A stretch of 64,000 nt of DNA from positions 2,908,535 to 2,972,534 of the forward strand of contig NW_019091358.1 of NCBI RefSeq assembly GCF_001949145.1. The letters run 5' to 3'. The notes under the pieces were generated by a model that had not been told where the DNA came from, ran no database searches, and saw only the letters and a list, made by a program, of their open reading frames with translations. Positions within the stretch are counted from its first letter, which is position 1. The number at the start of each line of letters is the position of its first letter. A program made the translations under genes and the position numbers. Positions 44,080 to 57,600 of the stretch are shown in pieces. The DNA is from Acanthaster planci. Its lineage: Eukaryota.

Positions 44080-46513
44080 GGGTGGCAGGGATAGCTCTTG
44101 CTACCCTCAGAAGGTGATCGCCCTGCCGTTGTGAGGTCACATTTGCACATGTCCTGTTGCACACTCTTGCGTATGTGCTCGTTTGTCTCCTTTTCCTAGG
44201 AATTCAACTTTTGACGTGTCACTACCTCTTATCTTATATGTGCTTCCACATGGGAACTAACTAGATGCGTGACTGCTTGCTTGACTGGATTTGCGTTTTC
44301 CAGCCCGATTTCCAAGTTAAGTGTCCTTCCTTGCTCTTTGGGTAGCAGGGGTAGTTCTTGCTTACCCTCAGGAGTTGATCAGCCCTGCCCTTGCGAGATA
44401 ACATTTGCACATGTCTTCTTGCACAGTGTCTGTGTTATTTGACTTGTTGGTGTATGTGCTTGTTTATTACGAATTTGTTGCGTTTGACTTCTCACTATTT
44501 CTTGACCTCCACATTTTGTGTTTCAACGTAGACACTGACTGGATGTGTAACTGCTTGGCTAACCGCATGTGCGACTGCCGGCCCGATTTCCAAATTAAAT
44601 GTCCTTCCTTGTTTGTTGGGTAGCAGGGGTAGTTCTTGCTACCCTCAGGAGTTGATCGGCCCTGCATTTGCGAGATGGCATTTGCACATGTTCTTGTTGC
44701 ACACTGTCTGTGTTATGTGACTCGTTGTTGTTTGTCCTTGCCTTGTTTATCATGAATTTGTTGCTTTTGACCTGTCACTAACTCTTATCTTCTACAGTTT
44801 GTGCTTCCACCTAGGTACTGACTGGATTGATGACTACTTGGCCGACTGTATGTGCGACCGCCTGTCCGATTTCCAAGTTAAGTGCCCTTCCTTACTCTTT
44901 GGGTAAGAGGGGTAGTTCTTGCTACCTTCAGGTGAGATCACATTTGCACATGTCCTGTTCCACACTGTCTGTGTTATGTGACTCTTTGGTGTATGTCCTT
45001 GTTTCGTTTATCATGAATTTGTAGCTTTTGAGCTGTCGCTTAATCTTGACCTCTACATTTTGTGTTTCCACATAGAAACTGACTGGATGTGTGACTCCTT
45101 GGCTTACTGGATATGCAACTGCTGCCCCATTTTGCCAGTTAAGTGTGCTGCCTTGTTTGTTGGGTAGCTGGTGTAGTTCTTGCTACCCTCAGGAGTCGAT
45201 GAACCCTGCCCTAGGGAGATCATGTTTGCACTTTGTCTTGTTGCAAACTCTGTTTATGTTACTCGTTGGTTTATGTTGTTGATTTGTTTATCATGAATTT
45301 CTTGGTTTTAACCTATCGCTAACTCTTATCTTCAGCATTTTGTGTTTCCACAAAGGTAATGACTGGATGTGTGACTGCTTGCCTGACTGGATATGCAACT
45401 GCTGCCCCATTTTGGCAGTTTAGTGTGCTTCCTTGTTTGTTGGGCAGCAGGGGTAGTTCTTGCTACTCTCAGGAGTTGATCGGCCCTGCCATTGCGAGAT
45501 CGCGTTTGCACATGATATGTTCTGTTGCACACTGTCTGTGTTATGCGATTCGTTGGTTTATGTTGTATAAATAAATAAATTTGTTGGTTTTGACCTGTCA
45601 CTCTTATCTTTTACCTTTTGTGCTTCCACGTAGCTACTGGCTAGATTGGTGACGACTTGGCTGACTGGATGTGCGACTGCTGGTCCGATTTCCAAGTTAA
45701 GTGTCGTTCCTTACTCTTTGGATAGCAGGGTAGTTCTTGCTACCCTCATCAGGAGGTGATGGGTCCTGCCCTTGCAAGATCACGTTTGCACATGTCCTGT
45801 TTCACACTCTCTGTGTAATGTGATTCACTGGTGAATGTACTTGTTTTGTTTCTCACAAATTTGTAGCTTTCGAGCTGTAGCTAACTCTTATCTTCTGCAT
45901 TTTGTGTTTCTACATAGGTACTGATCGACTCGATGTGTGACTGCTTGCCTCACTGGATAGGCAACTGCTGCCCCATTTTGCCAGTTCCGTGTGCTTCCTT
46001 GTTTGTTGGGTAGCATGGGGTAGTTCTTACTTCCCCGGGAGTTGATCGGCCCTCCTTGCGAGATTATGTTTGCACATGTTCTGTTGCACACTGTCTGTGT
46101 CCTGTTACTCGTTGGTTTATGTTGTTTATTTGTTTATCATGAATTTCTTGGTTTTAACCTATCGCTAATTATCTTCTGCATTTTGTGTTTCCACATAGGT
46201 ACTGACTCGATGTGTGACTGCTTGCCTGACCAGATACGCAACTGCTGCCCCGTTTTGGCAGTTAAGTGTGCTTCCTTGTTTGTTGGGTAGCAGGGGTAGT
46301 TCTTGCTACCCTCAGGAGTTGATCGGCCCTGCCATTGCGAGATCACGTTTGCACATGTCCTGTTTCAAAATTTCTGTGTTATGTGACTCGTTGGCATATG
46401 TACTTGTTTGTTTATTATGAATATATTGCTTTTGACTTTCATAACTCTTGACTTCTACATTTTATGCTTCCACGAGGGTACTGACTGGATGTGTGACTGC
46501 TTGCCTGACTGGA
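44080..46513. repeat. Tandem array of ~9 units of ~260-288 bp (satellite-like, exon-cassette-like units)
   Basis: The anchor hairpin GGGTAGCAGGGGTAGTTCTTGCTACCC recurs at 44080, 44340, 44618, 44901, 45162, 45442, 45720, 46008 and 46285. The rest of each unit is also homologous. Confidence 0.95.
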
Positions 46514-47511
46514 TCGTTTTGCGGCTGGCAGCATCCATGAAGATAGGTTATGCATGCTTTATTTAATATCTGTGCAAGTCTGAGACAAAATACGGTAGTC
46601 TGTTAATTTTCACTTGTCATGAACTATAGAAGGAGATAGTGTGTATTATTTTCAGATTGTGTAGAGATGCCAATTATTTGTAGTAGATTAGTTGTAACCC
46701 ATTTAAATATTTGAATTTTTGTTACCACTTTTCTACCACTGCATGATTATTATGAATTGGGCAATACAATTTTCAATGGGTTATTTTTGCTTTCCATATT
46801 TCACTGCAAGCAATTTACAGGAGATATGTTGTAAGTAGGCCTATTGCAATTTCAGGGTATCACTGAACATTCGTCATTAGCTCTTTAAGTTAAAAGCTGA
46901 CAAGTAGAATTTTTTGTGGCAATCTTCAGATGCAACAGGATTGACCTTTTTTGAACATCGCATTTATGTCTTTTGAAAGCCTTACGGACAACCATAGTTA
47001 CGTATGAAAAGTGCTTCAGGTTTATGGGCATTCTTATATTTTTTTAAACCTGACTGGCCTAGAAAAAAGCAATTTCAAATACCTTGACGTCAGCTCTGTA
47101 CAAATTGTCAAAATGGTCATCATTCTATTTGTATAACAACCTTGAACATTCAAAATCTCTTTGAGGTTAGATTACATTTTTTTCTGGAATTATACACGTT
47201 TAGAATTTCTAACTTTGAGTGTTTTACTAAAGATGGGGTCTTTTTTACTCGAGGTATGTTTAAAATGAATAAAATTACCAAATTTTGGTTACAGTAGATG
47301 TGATGTACAAAACTGTTAATATCGCAGAATGATTGTGTTAACCTTGCTTTTAATCTCTTGAACTCGCTAGTGATATGAACAATAAAATTAAAATTTATCT
47401 GCTAAATTTGCGGGTCTTTCCTAAATATTTTAATTGTTTGTCCATACATTTTTCTCTGGGCTGCACATGGTCTACTAATTGAACTTGATATTTTCTGCTA
47501 TATCAAGCGTT

Positions 47512-47988
47512 CAGTGGCATAACTAACCGCAACAGATGCCTGTACCCCCACGCTGGGTATCCACCAGCCCCCATTTGAAATATCTGCCGAGCTCATAAAC
47601 AGCTATGCAGCGTAACTTATTTTCTTTCTGTGCCTCCTTGAGAAAAATGTTTCCATCCCTGGACATAAATTTAGCCCTTGTTATGCAACTGCGAGCGCTG
47701 GTATGCCCCCGGCTCTTCAAAGTCTCTTTTCAAGACTAGCTGTTCGACCAAAAGAACAAGGGGGATTTTGGAAATATACATGTACGCCTAGGCCCGGATC
47801 GACTCCCTGGGTTTAGGAAACTTCCATCTGAGAGCGTTGCAGGGGGCCATCCCCCCAAGATGCCTGTGACCCCCAGGTGCCCTACCCCCATCTGAAATCT
47901 ACGCAGAGTTTATTTGGGGCTGCAGCTCATTGTGTCCCCTCAAAAAATGTGAGCACCCTCAGGCCCACGGGACATAGTTGCGCCACTG
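47512..47988. mobile_element. hAT-like MITE (~477 bp)
   Basis: TIR CAGTGGCATAACTA / TAGTTGCGCCACTG. Flanks CAAGCGTT / CAGCGTAC resemble a decayed TSD. Confidence 0.6.
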
Positions 47989-48269
47989 CAGCGTACTAGT
48001 AAAATTACGGATAAAGAACGCTGGCTTGTGAAAAACGCCTGTGTTCCAAACCATGGAGGAATCACAACACCAGATGTTTAAAAAAATGCATATCATATAA
48101 TTAGACTTGCGGGGGCATAAAATAATAATCACCAGAAAATAAAAATTAAAACACTGCCCACCTGCGGAAGAAATCTTTCACAGACCGCACCATGGCACCG
48201 CCATACTGCTTTCTGGGCAATCAAAGTCGTGATTGTCCGACAGCGAAACACTTGCCGTCAAAAGTTTGA

Positions 48270-48638
48270 CACGTGTTCACGTCATATGCGTAAAGCACGT
48301 GCTAATTACATGTATACCTAACGCACAAGTGAGTGGGCAGGGCGCGTTTTCAATAGCCCGGCCCTTCGTAAATGTTATCTGCTGCCCTCTCTTGACAAAA
48401 TCACATAAGAGGTCAATGATTTTCAGAATTGACATTTTATTGGCTGATTTTGTTAGTATGCTTCTAGCATGACCAATCAGCATAAACGTAACATATTGTT
48501 TCCCAAAGTGTACAGCAAGGAGAAACAAAATGGCCGCTTACATCATAGTAAATGTACATGTAATGAGAACAGTTAACATTATCAGTTGATCTTAGAGTAA
48601 GACCTGTCCGCGTGAAATTCAGGAGTTCCAAGCTAATA
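48270..48638 (+). promoter_or_regulatory. SMG5 promoter and 5'UTR region with CCAAT boxes, E-boxes and a YY1-type AAAATGGCCGC motif
   Basis: ATTGGCTG (~48439), GACCAATCAG (~48471), CACGTG twice and AAAATGGCCGC (~48526-48536), all just upstream of the ATG at 48639. Confidence 0.55.
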
Positions 48639-51600
48639 ATGGAGCAGGAGGAATTGAAGATTGCAGTTAAGCCCGAAGTTGAAAAGTTACAACAAACAAA
48701 ACGAATATATAGGTAAGCAAATATTAATAAGGCCGGCCTTTGAACTTGAACTTGAAGGCTTGATCAGTTGATCCATGGTGTTTTTTTCCTCCATGGTTGA
48801 TCAGTGTTTATCGGAAAATGTTGTCGGCCTCATGGTCAACAGGGCCGGGGTGTCGATATATGTATTGGCGTATAAGTTATATATTTCTCTTGTTTTATCT
48901 TTTACAGTAAATTACACTTTGCATGCCTTGCCCAACCAAACAGAGTAATTCGTAGTGGATGTGGACACTACTACACTAGTACTAGTACTAGCCCCACTAG
49001 TGTGGCACGGACTCTCACTCCCGCTCCATCCTTAGCCACACATCTGTATACGAAATTGGGTGTCGGTGTCGTGAAAAAGCTTGGCACACCCTCTTATAAC
49101 CGTAGGTGGAATCTTTTTTGCACACAGAAATGATCTTTAGCCTCTCCGCTTTCTAACATTATGTCACTTGACCCCTAAACATGTATTAGATATCGTCAAG
49201 ACGATGAGGGGTCAAGTGACGTAATGTTCAACGACCTTATTTTAAAGATGGCGACTGCAAGGGCGAGCCTGTGAGATTAAATGGGTGAAGGCAAAAAGAC
49301 TGGAAAATACCAGAACGACATGAGTGAAATCATTCAACAAATGCCACTTACTGAAACCGATTTGTTCATGTTTGTTTGTGTATGGCTTTTCTTGGCGCTC
49401 TGTGATAACCATGATAAATTATTCAGAAAATCCTGAATCAACAAGAAGGACCTGAAGCGAAACAGGTTATATACCGAAATGGGCTACTGTCACTGTGGAC
49501 ACGTTGTAGGCATAGATCGTTTCTGAGTACAAAAACGTGGTCACCAGACTCCCTGACGACAAAATGCAGTAAAATTGGTTTCTAGTCTGCGGGGACCATA
49601 CTATTGTCATCAATTTGTGCACAAATGGATAGCAGTTGAGTTGCCTCATCAAAAGTTCTGCCAAAAACATGACGTTTTCTGCAAGTTTTGATCCGCTAAA
49701 CATGGACATTTTTCAAGTGGTGTTTTAGAAGCTTTCTGGTACACGTATCTACAAGAAACAAGGTATCATTTTTGGAAAATTTGAGTCTGTAACACCCTAG
49801 AAAGATTGAGGTTTAGATCGTGAATGTGAGCAGGTGAGTGCATTTGACCACCGAGCAATGCAGTGCACAGTGATTTTCTGAATGGCCACTGCCAGGCATG
49901 TGTGCACAGCAGCCAGTCAACATGGTGTCCTTACACGTAGCCTTATAGGTGTCGCCGTACGCAGGCTGAAAAGGACTAAAATGTGATTTTGTCCATAGTG
50001 TCATAAGTCCATGGTTATCACAAAGTGCTGATTTTTTACTGTGTTTTTCAACGGAAATAGGTATTGTTACATTTACTAAGACAAAAGGACTAAAAGGTAC
50101 TCAGTTCCTCCACCTCTTAGGGAGTACACTACTCGCCCCCTCATGAAAAAGAGTACAATATGAAACAATAGTTACTAACTACAAGTTAGTGAACATCCCC
50201 GTCTATCCCCTCCCCCCCACAACCTTGGGTTTATGTCTGTACCCTTTCCATGTTAATCAGGTTGGCGCATATCCCATCCCACCACTGATTACCTTTATTC
50301 ACGAATATGGGCAACCCAGTGTAAGAAAAATGAGAGACAAACACTAAAAAGGGATCCACCACAAATTTTTATTCATACATGTATTCACTTACTTGACAAA
50401 ATAAATAAAACATTAACATTTTAAAACTTCAAACATTAGCAAAGGGTCCAATTGCTCCCTGAAGCACTTCACTGAGTCAAATTTGAATGATATCACTCGA
50501 CACGTTAAAAGTACCAGGGGTGAGATTTCTCAGCTTTTTAGCTGAATTCAGCTTTTTGGGGGGATTTCAGCTTTTTTTCCCTCACTGGCTGTGTAGAAAG
50601 GATAGGAGATTTTTACAGTTCAGCTTCTTGATGTATTTTTTCAGCTGTTTTCAGCTATTTTTATCGTTGGTCAATCTCACCCCTGAAGTACATATTAGAC
50701 AATTGAGGGCAAACTGTTAGATGACACGAGGACTTCTGAATTTTTTTGAATAGGGAGGAGAACTCACGACACAAATTCTAGTATTTGTGTCTTAGAAAAT
50801 TCCCCCCCAAAAGGGACGTTTATTTCTTTTACACATGCACTAAGATTACAGGATTAATTTCCAACATTTTGGGGTATTTTGCAAAACTTTTAAACACAGA
50901 CAAATGATACAAGTGATCGCTGGCTGTTAGATAGCATGCGCGTCTGCAAATTGTTCACTGAAAGGTGAGTGCATAGAAATAGGGCAGTGTAGATTTAGGG
51001 TGCCAGACGATACAGGTGGGCCCTAAACTACCTGTATATCCACAAGTTGAGTAAGCCTACCATAATTCGTGCACTTAGGCTGAGTATTTGTTCCTAAATA
51101 ACAGCAGCGTTTTTAAAAAGAATCTGATGTGCTTAACTTAATCTGAAATCATATTAATTACTTTACCTGTTAACTTTAAACCGGTTTGAAGACTCAAGGT
51201 TATTGAACAGGGACCAAACAGTGCAGCAAGATCTCCGATCATACTCAGGTAGTTTATCTGCAGTCGTGAATGGTTCATCTCGTAAACACTGGGTACAGTC
51301 TCCAGTCCATTGATTTCATTTGCTTCAAATCAAATTTCTGAAAAGGTTCTGAGCTTAACATTTACATTTGTCTTTTCAGAGGTGCTCAAGATATCATCAG
51401 TAAGCTGGATGGCGTCCTGAGACACAAGCAGCCGTATCGCAGCGTCTTTGAATGGGATGCGGTAGAGCTGCGGATGAAGTAAGTAGCCCACTGGCCTCAT
51501 CCTTGCAATTTGAGCTGTTCTCTCCTTGCGAGATCGTGGAGAACCAGCGCATTGCTCACCCACTCAACCAAATGCCTCGCATTTCCCCACTCAAACCTTG

Positions 51601-54600
51601 TTTTTTAGTGTCTAGCATTCAATCCTGGTCAACCTGGAATGGGTCGCTGCAGAGAGTCGATGTCTCAAAATAGCAGAATCATAGCTCGGATTTCAAATTT
51701 CTCACCGGATCCCACAAAATGAGTCTTTAGGCCATATTTTCAGTAATTCCGTTTGGTTTACCTGAGAATGAGTAAACCGAGTTCCTTGCTTTGATACATC
51801 ACCCAGTTTGCCATCCAGATGAAAATGGACAATCTTTGATGAAAAATGTTGAAGGACTGCTATGGATTTTCATTTTGCAAGAATCTTAAAAAGGCCTTTC
51901 TCTTGAAAGTTACTCTTTTACATTTGGAATCAATTCTACTCTGTTTCAGCATGTGCAACATCCATGACATCTAGGTGTGTATGTGCACAAGTTGGCCGCG
52001 CAAAAACCCACATCAGTCTTTATTGTTGATGGACCCTAATGTGCTGTGACCCCAAACAGGGCTCACTTAGTTTTTTTGCCTGTTGTACTTTGCCAGAGCA
52101 ATATTTCCGTGAAATTTCATCAAACTCCTGAAATTCTGATTAAAAAATCTTGATTTTGCTCACCCGCTACAAAATAACAATTATAAATATGCAAAAAATA
52201 GGAAAATAACTTTCTAACTAACAAATTTGTGGTTAGGTAGAATTCATCAACTTTAAAGAACTTCTGAAATGTTTAGTCGGGATATTTTGAGATTTTTTCA
52301 AGTGCACCACGTAAGGGAACACTCAGCTGAATTCTTGCCAAATCTCCAACGCTGCCGTTTTTGAATTTTGAATGAAATTGTATTATACTGAAATTGTTCA
52401 CAGAGGTTCAACAAAATGTGTTACAAATGTTATAATACCAGTATTTAACAAAATGAATTTCAAGTATTTTTTCAACAAGAGATGGAAGCACTCTATGAGG
52501 AAAGTCAAGTGATAATCAAAGTACACCACATGAGGGGACTCTACTGTGCTCAATTCTCATAGTCACTTTCCATTGTGCTGTGTACAACGGCCTCGGTCAG
52601 TCAAAGATGTTCTTGCAAGTCAATTTTTGTCCATCTGAATCAGCCAAACTCTTCAAAACTGTAAAGTTTGAAAATATTGGAATTATAAAACTTTGTTAAC
52701 AGACTGAAAGACCTGTGTGAGCGGTTGATGTTCCTTCAGCCAGTGGACTATGGGCGCAAGGCAGAGGAGCTGCTGTGGAGAAAAGTCTACTATGATGTCA
52801 TCAGCGTGGTCAGAAAAAATAAGAAGGTGACCTTTCTGTCTCATATTGTAGATTTGGCATATCGGAGGTGTGGTCCGTTAGAGAGCCAGGTACAGTTTGC
52901 ATTGGCATTGGTTTTAATGGAAGAAATACCATTATGTTAGATGTATAATGTACATGAGGTTTGAGAAAACACCCTTTCCTGGGATCCCTGCTATTTCAGT
53001 ATATCACGTCTACTTTTTGGACCGGTGAGCACTCTTAACTCTGAAATGAAAAATGGAATGAAATTCGTGTATGGCTGTAATGTCTGCGACAGTGGGGCAG
53101 TTTGGAAATGCTTATTGTTGCAAATCCAATTCTACTTAGCTGTTAAGTGCCACAGATTGCTAAGGGGAAAAAAAGGAGATTAACAAAAGTAGGTAACTAA
53201 TCATAAACTCTATCACAGCATATTACTTGTGGCTGGTACCCATCCGATTCCAGCTTAAACATGTCTGTCAACCAGTATTTGTCTACCAAGCGCTTCATGA
53301 AATTAGGTTCCTGACAAGAAACAGGATCTCAAAACTGCCCAAATTGACAGCGTTGCTTGTGTCAGGAGGTTCTAGGGAAAAAGAAGAAAACAAAAATTGA
53401 TTTTGGTCTCCTGGGAAGATGGGAGGCATTCTGAGTCACCCAAGCTCATGGACGAGCACCATTGAGCAAGTTTCGTAGAGCTACAGAGCATCAAAATTTG
53501 CTAAGCAATTATTTGTTAAGGAGAAACCGGTTACCAGGCCAGATGCCGAGGGTTGTATGTTTCTTGTGACTGCTTCTCTGGGTATATTTGCTTAGCACAT
53601 AAATTCGCTCAATAAGATTTGACCCTGGTGTCCATCCCCCACCATCCCCCTTCCTCCTTCAGCATGTGCGGCCTGGCTCTTCCCTGGAGTGTGCCTACCA
53701 CACACACCTGCTGGCAGCCACCGGGTTCTACCACCACCTCCTGCTGCGACTCCAGCAACAGTACAAGCTCAGCCTGTGTGGCATTGTGGACTTTGTGGAT
53801 GCAGGGGACCACTGGACGGCCAAAGGTCAGGGATGGTATGATGACGGGGGATGGAAATAGGATGACAGACGAATAGTTGACAAATATCCTAATACAAAGG
53901 TCCACACTATTTGTTGACCATTTACAGGCATGATAGCACAGCAAAGTGTCCAGTGAAAGTACCAATGTTGCAACCAAGTCATTTTTCATTTACAAGTCAA
54001 GTCACAAGTCATTTTCTACAAGTTAACTCTTTCCCGAGTCAGGTCAAATCACATCAATTGCTATTTGAGTCTGACTCGAGGCCAAGTCAGCGACTCAGGT
54101 GAACAACTCTTTGAAGTCTAACATACACACACCACAAACATCTAAACAAAACCTAGACTTGACGCATTCTTTTCACTGTGAACGAGCAAAAGTGAACCCC
54201 AGATGCACCCGTTGAATCCGTCTCTTGGAAATTTACACGGACGCACCAAACGGAACACTGATAGTAGAAATGAATAAGTGCAAAGCAGAAGTGGAGAAGC
54301 CGTAACGACCATGATGATCTGAGCGTTCATGCATGTGCATTGTGTCAGCCCGAGTGTGTGAGAATCTGTCTAAGGATGGTATTAGAATTTAGGCTCAAGA
54401 AGCCCATGAATGAAAGGTAACACCTGTTATGTTCAGGGCCATTACCGCCACCGGGCAGCAAGCGAGCCAAAGCCAGAGACTGGGCTGAGAAGGCCTGTCA
54501 TCGATGCCTCATTTATCTTGGAGATCTTGGTGAGCAAACTTCATTCATTACATCATCAAATGTGACAGTGTAAGTGGAAATTACATGATAGCGGGTTTGT

Positions 54601-57600
54601 AGTCAGCATTTGAAAAGTGGTCGTTGCCTTTAAGTTGCCTTTAAGTGAAAATTGTATCAAAGTTACAATATCATGGATTTATATCTCTAAAAACCTGCAT
54701 ATTCCAATATACAGTGCTCTGAAAGTTGTTGAAAGTTTTATTCGGTTAAGAATTTGCACATCAAAATGGGTGTCAACTGCTGTCAATGTAAGATCCAAGA
54801 AACACCCATTACTCTGGCTAAAACCTTGCATCATTACAACTTGTTCATCGTTTTCACTGAAGAATTGTTTTGTCTAATGACTTGGTCCAATGAGCTTCAA
54901 GCTGAAACTACCCTTTTTTGTTCAGCACGTTACAGACAGGATTTTGACGGGTATCGGAGTCGGCTTCAAGCCGAGCGCTTCTACCATCAGGCACTGCTGT
55001 TAAATCCAGCCATGGGAATGCCTCACAACCAGCTAGGGACACTGGCTGGAAATCGGCACCAGGGACTGGACTGTGCTTACCATTACCTGAGGTGGTAGGT
55101 TCATGATCTTCACCGAGTTTGTGTTTTGATCTCAAGGCATTTTGAAGTTTTACGACCACTTGGCTGATTCATACAGTGTTCATGTGTTTGCATTTGCAAT
55201 TTGGTTTGTGTTTGGAAGGGTGGAAATAAGCGACAAAAGAATGATGAAAAGATTTCTGGCCTTTATGCATTCCAAACCTCAAACAGGGTAAGAACTAGTC
55301 TGGAATTGGACAAACAGGCTTACTTCCTATGTTACCACTGGAGAGCCTTTGATCTCCGACGTGAAAGCCAAAGTGTTTTAGAGGATATATCAGGGCAAAT
55401 ACGTTTCAGACTAATTGCGTGCCTCGGAGTTCCAAACATTGACAGCGATACTTGCTTTTACTGAAGATGGACCAAGAGGGACCACTAGTGTCGCATTCTG
55501 TCAGACCTCTTAGCGTTCATGAATAAAATTTTAGCTTTTGGTCATGGCAAGTAGCCTTAATTTCTCAGGCCTTATTGCTTTGAACCTTCCTGTATCCCCC
55601 AAAATAATGTACTCTTTGTACCTCTACTTCAACTTTCAAAGGGTATCATGTCCATTTTATAAAAGTAACAGTCTCCTTAATCCTCAAAAAATCTTGGAGC
55701 ATCTGAGCAGGTTTTGTTCTAAATATTCCCCGTATGTGATACTTCCGCTATGATTACTTCCAAGCGTCTGGCTTTTTCTTTCAGTGAAACAAATATACCT
55801 TCAACTTGTTCAAAATCGTGTGTGAAAGAGGCAGGGAATCTTGCCACGATGTATCTCTGATGTCATGGTCATGCTCTCCTACCATTTCATCGCTTTCCTC
55901 TTCACTTTCCAGCTGGCTGTCCGAGATCCCTTTTGATGGAGCCATCGCCAACCTAGAGAAGACCCTTGAGCAGAACTCCAAGCGCTATCAGGAGCTGCCC
56001 CGCCAGGCTAACCGTGACCTTCCACCTGACTTGCAAAGGTCAGAGTTCCTCAATGCCTTCCATAAACCCAGCACTTCCCTGCAGTGAATACACAATGTGA
56101 TACAATGATAAATGGCACGGTATTTGTCATACTGTTCCTTTGCCACTATACACTGTGAACCTTTGGCTTGATTTTTGTCTACGGGGTCATTTGGACAAGG
56201 GACTAATGGTAAATTAGACTCCCACAAAAAGTCACTTGATTGTGTTTCCACGTAATCTGCAGCAAGCACCTTGTGCTATTTCAGTTGGTCCTGATATACC
56301 AAAGAATAACAAGGATCTAAGAACCTATGAAGTTCTGTTTTGAAATTAGCGAGCCCGAAATTACCTGAACATTTATTGCATTTTCCTTTATTCATTCAGT
56401 GCACAGACTTTAAAGCTTTTATTTTCAGTGATGTATTTCTGAATCATAAGTCTTATTTATTGACTTCTTTTGGGAAACTTGACCAATTTCTTTATTAATT
56501 CTTTACTTATTTTTTTTCTTTTCTTATTTCTTTACAAATAAAATTTGAAAATCAATTAGCAGTGCATTTCAATACATAAGCCCTGTGATAATTATCTTTT
56601 CTTCAATCTCATGACTGCCATCAAAATGTCAATAGGTTGAACATCTAGAATTGTCTGGATTTTGTCAAAGTTCTGCTAAAGAATCTTTAAGTTTTCTCGT
56701 ATTACGGCTTTCATCTTGTTGATCCCTGTTAAAGCATGTATGAAACATTTAGTGAAAATGGCAGCGCATACTTCTTATTTCAAAACTCATTTAATTGGAA
56801 TGAGCTGATGTGCTCTCCAATAGGCTGGCTGTGGTGACAGCATGAGTGAATAAGGCTGGTTGTAGTTGCCTAACATGGGGAGCACGTAACATGGGAAGTC
56901 TTCATATAAGTTAATTGGCTTTCAGTGCTCCCTCGGAAATTCCACTGTGGTTAAGCCACTGAATGATCTTCTTGTTCCCCCCGGGCAGGCCGCGAGACCT
57001 GAAACACTTCCTCATCAAGTTCCTCTACCTGCAGGAGTTGCTGCAGCCGGGCGCCTGGCCGGCCCAGGACCAGTTGGCTAGCCTCTGCCAGATTGTGGTG
57101 CACGACTTCAGCCTTTGCATGTACCACACGCTGACCCAGCGCCGGGGGTCCCTCAGGCCCGGCAAGGCCGGGGTCAACTCCCTGCCCAGGGGGGCCGACC
57201 CCCCAAGGGAGTCCGCCATGTCAGACGATCTGGTCTTCAAGCTGTTTGTCATGACCATGATGACCATTTACAAACTGCAGAAAGCAGGTAAGCAAAAACT
57301 AGACTGTTTGCACTTTTTTTTAACTCAATCCTTCCCAAATCCTTCAAAATCCACAAGGAGGTTTTAGAGGATTTTGAAGGGATGAGGAAGGTAGAACCAA
57401 TGTACTGTTGTTTGACATGGGGCTTGATGTGGAAGTGCAAAGCATGTGCCATGGATACTCTGATTTTAGAGGAATTTAGACGATTCAGGAAAATTCAAAG
57501 GGAGGAAGTATGAGTTAAACTAGACTTGTAAACTTAAAATGACACACAATCTCACTCCTGAGATTGTCATGCTACAGGAGAATGATTAATCCCCAGAACG

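Noticed and set aside
45712..45756. Hammerhead ribozyme core on the minus strand (CTGATGA followed by a stem)
   Set aside because: CTGATGA occurs in only one unit through a 3-nt insertion, and the stem is followed by AAAG rather than the required GAAA. No stems I or III were found.
44080..46513. CRISPR-like array (regularly spaced palindromic 27-mer)
   Set aside because: The intervening sequences are homologous to one another rather than unique spacers, the period is ~277 bp, there are no cas genes, and the context is an animal genome.
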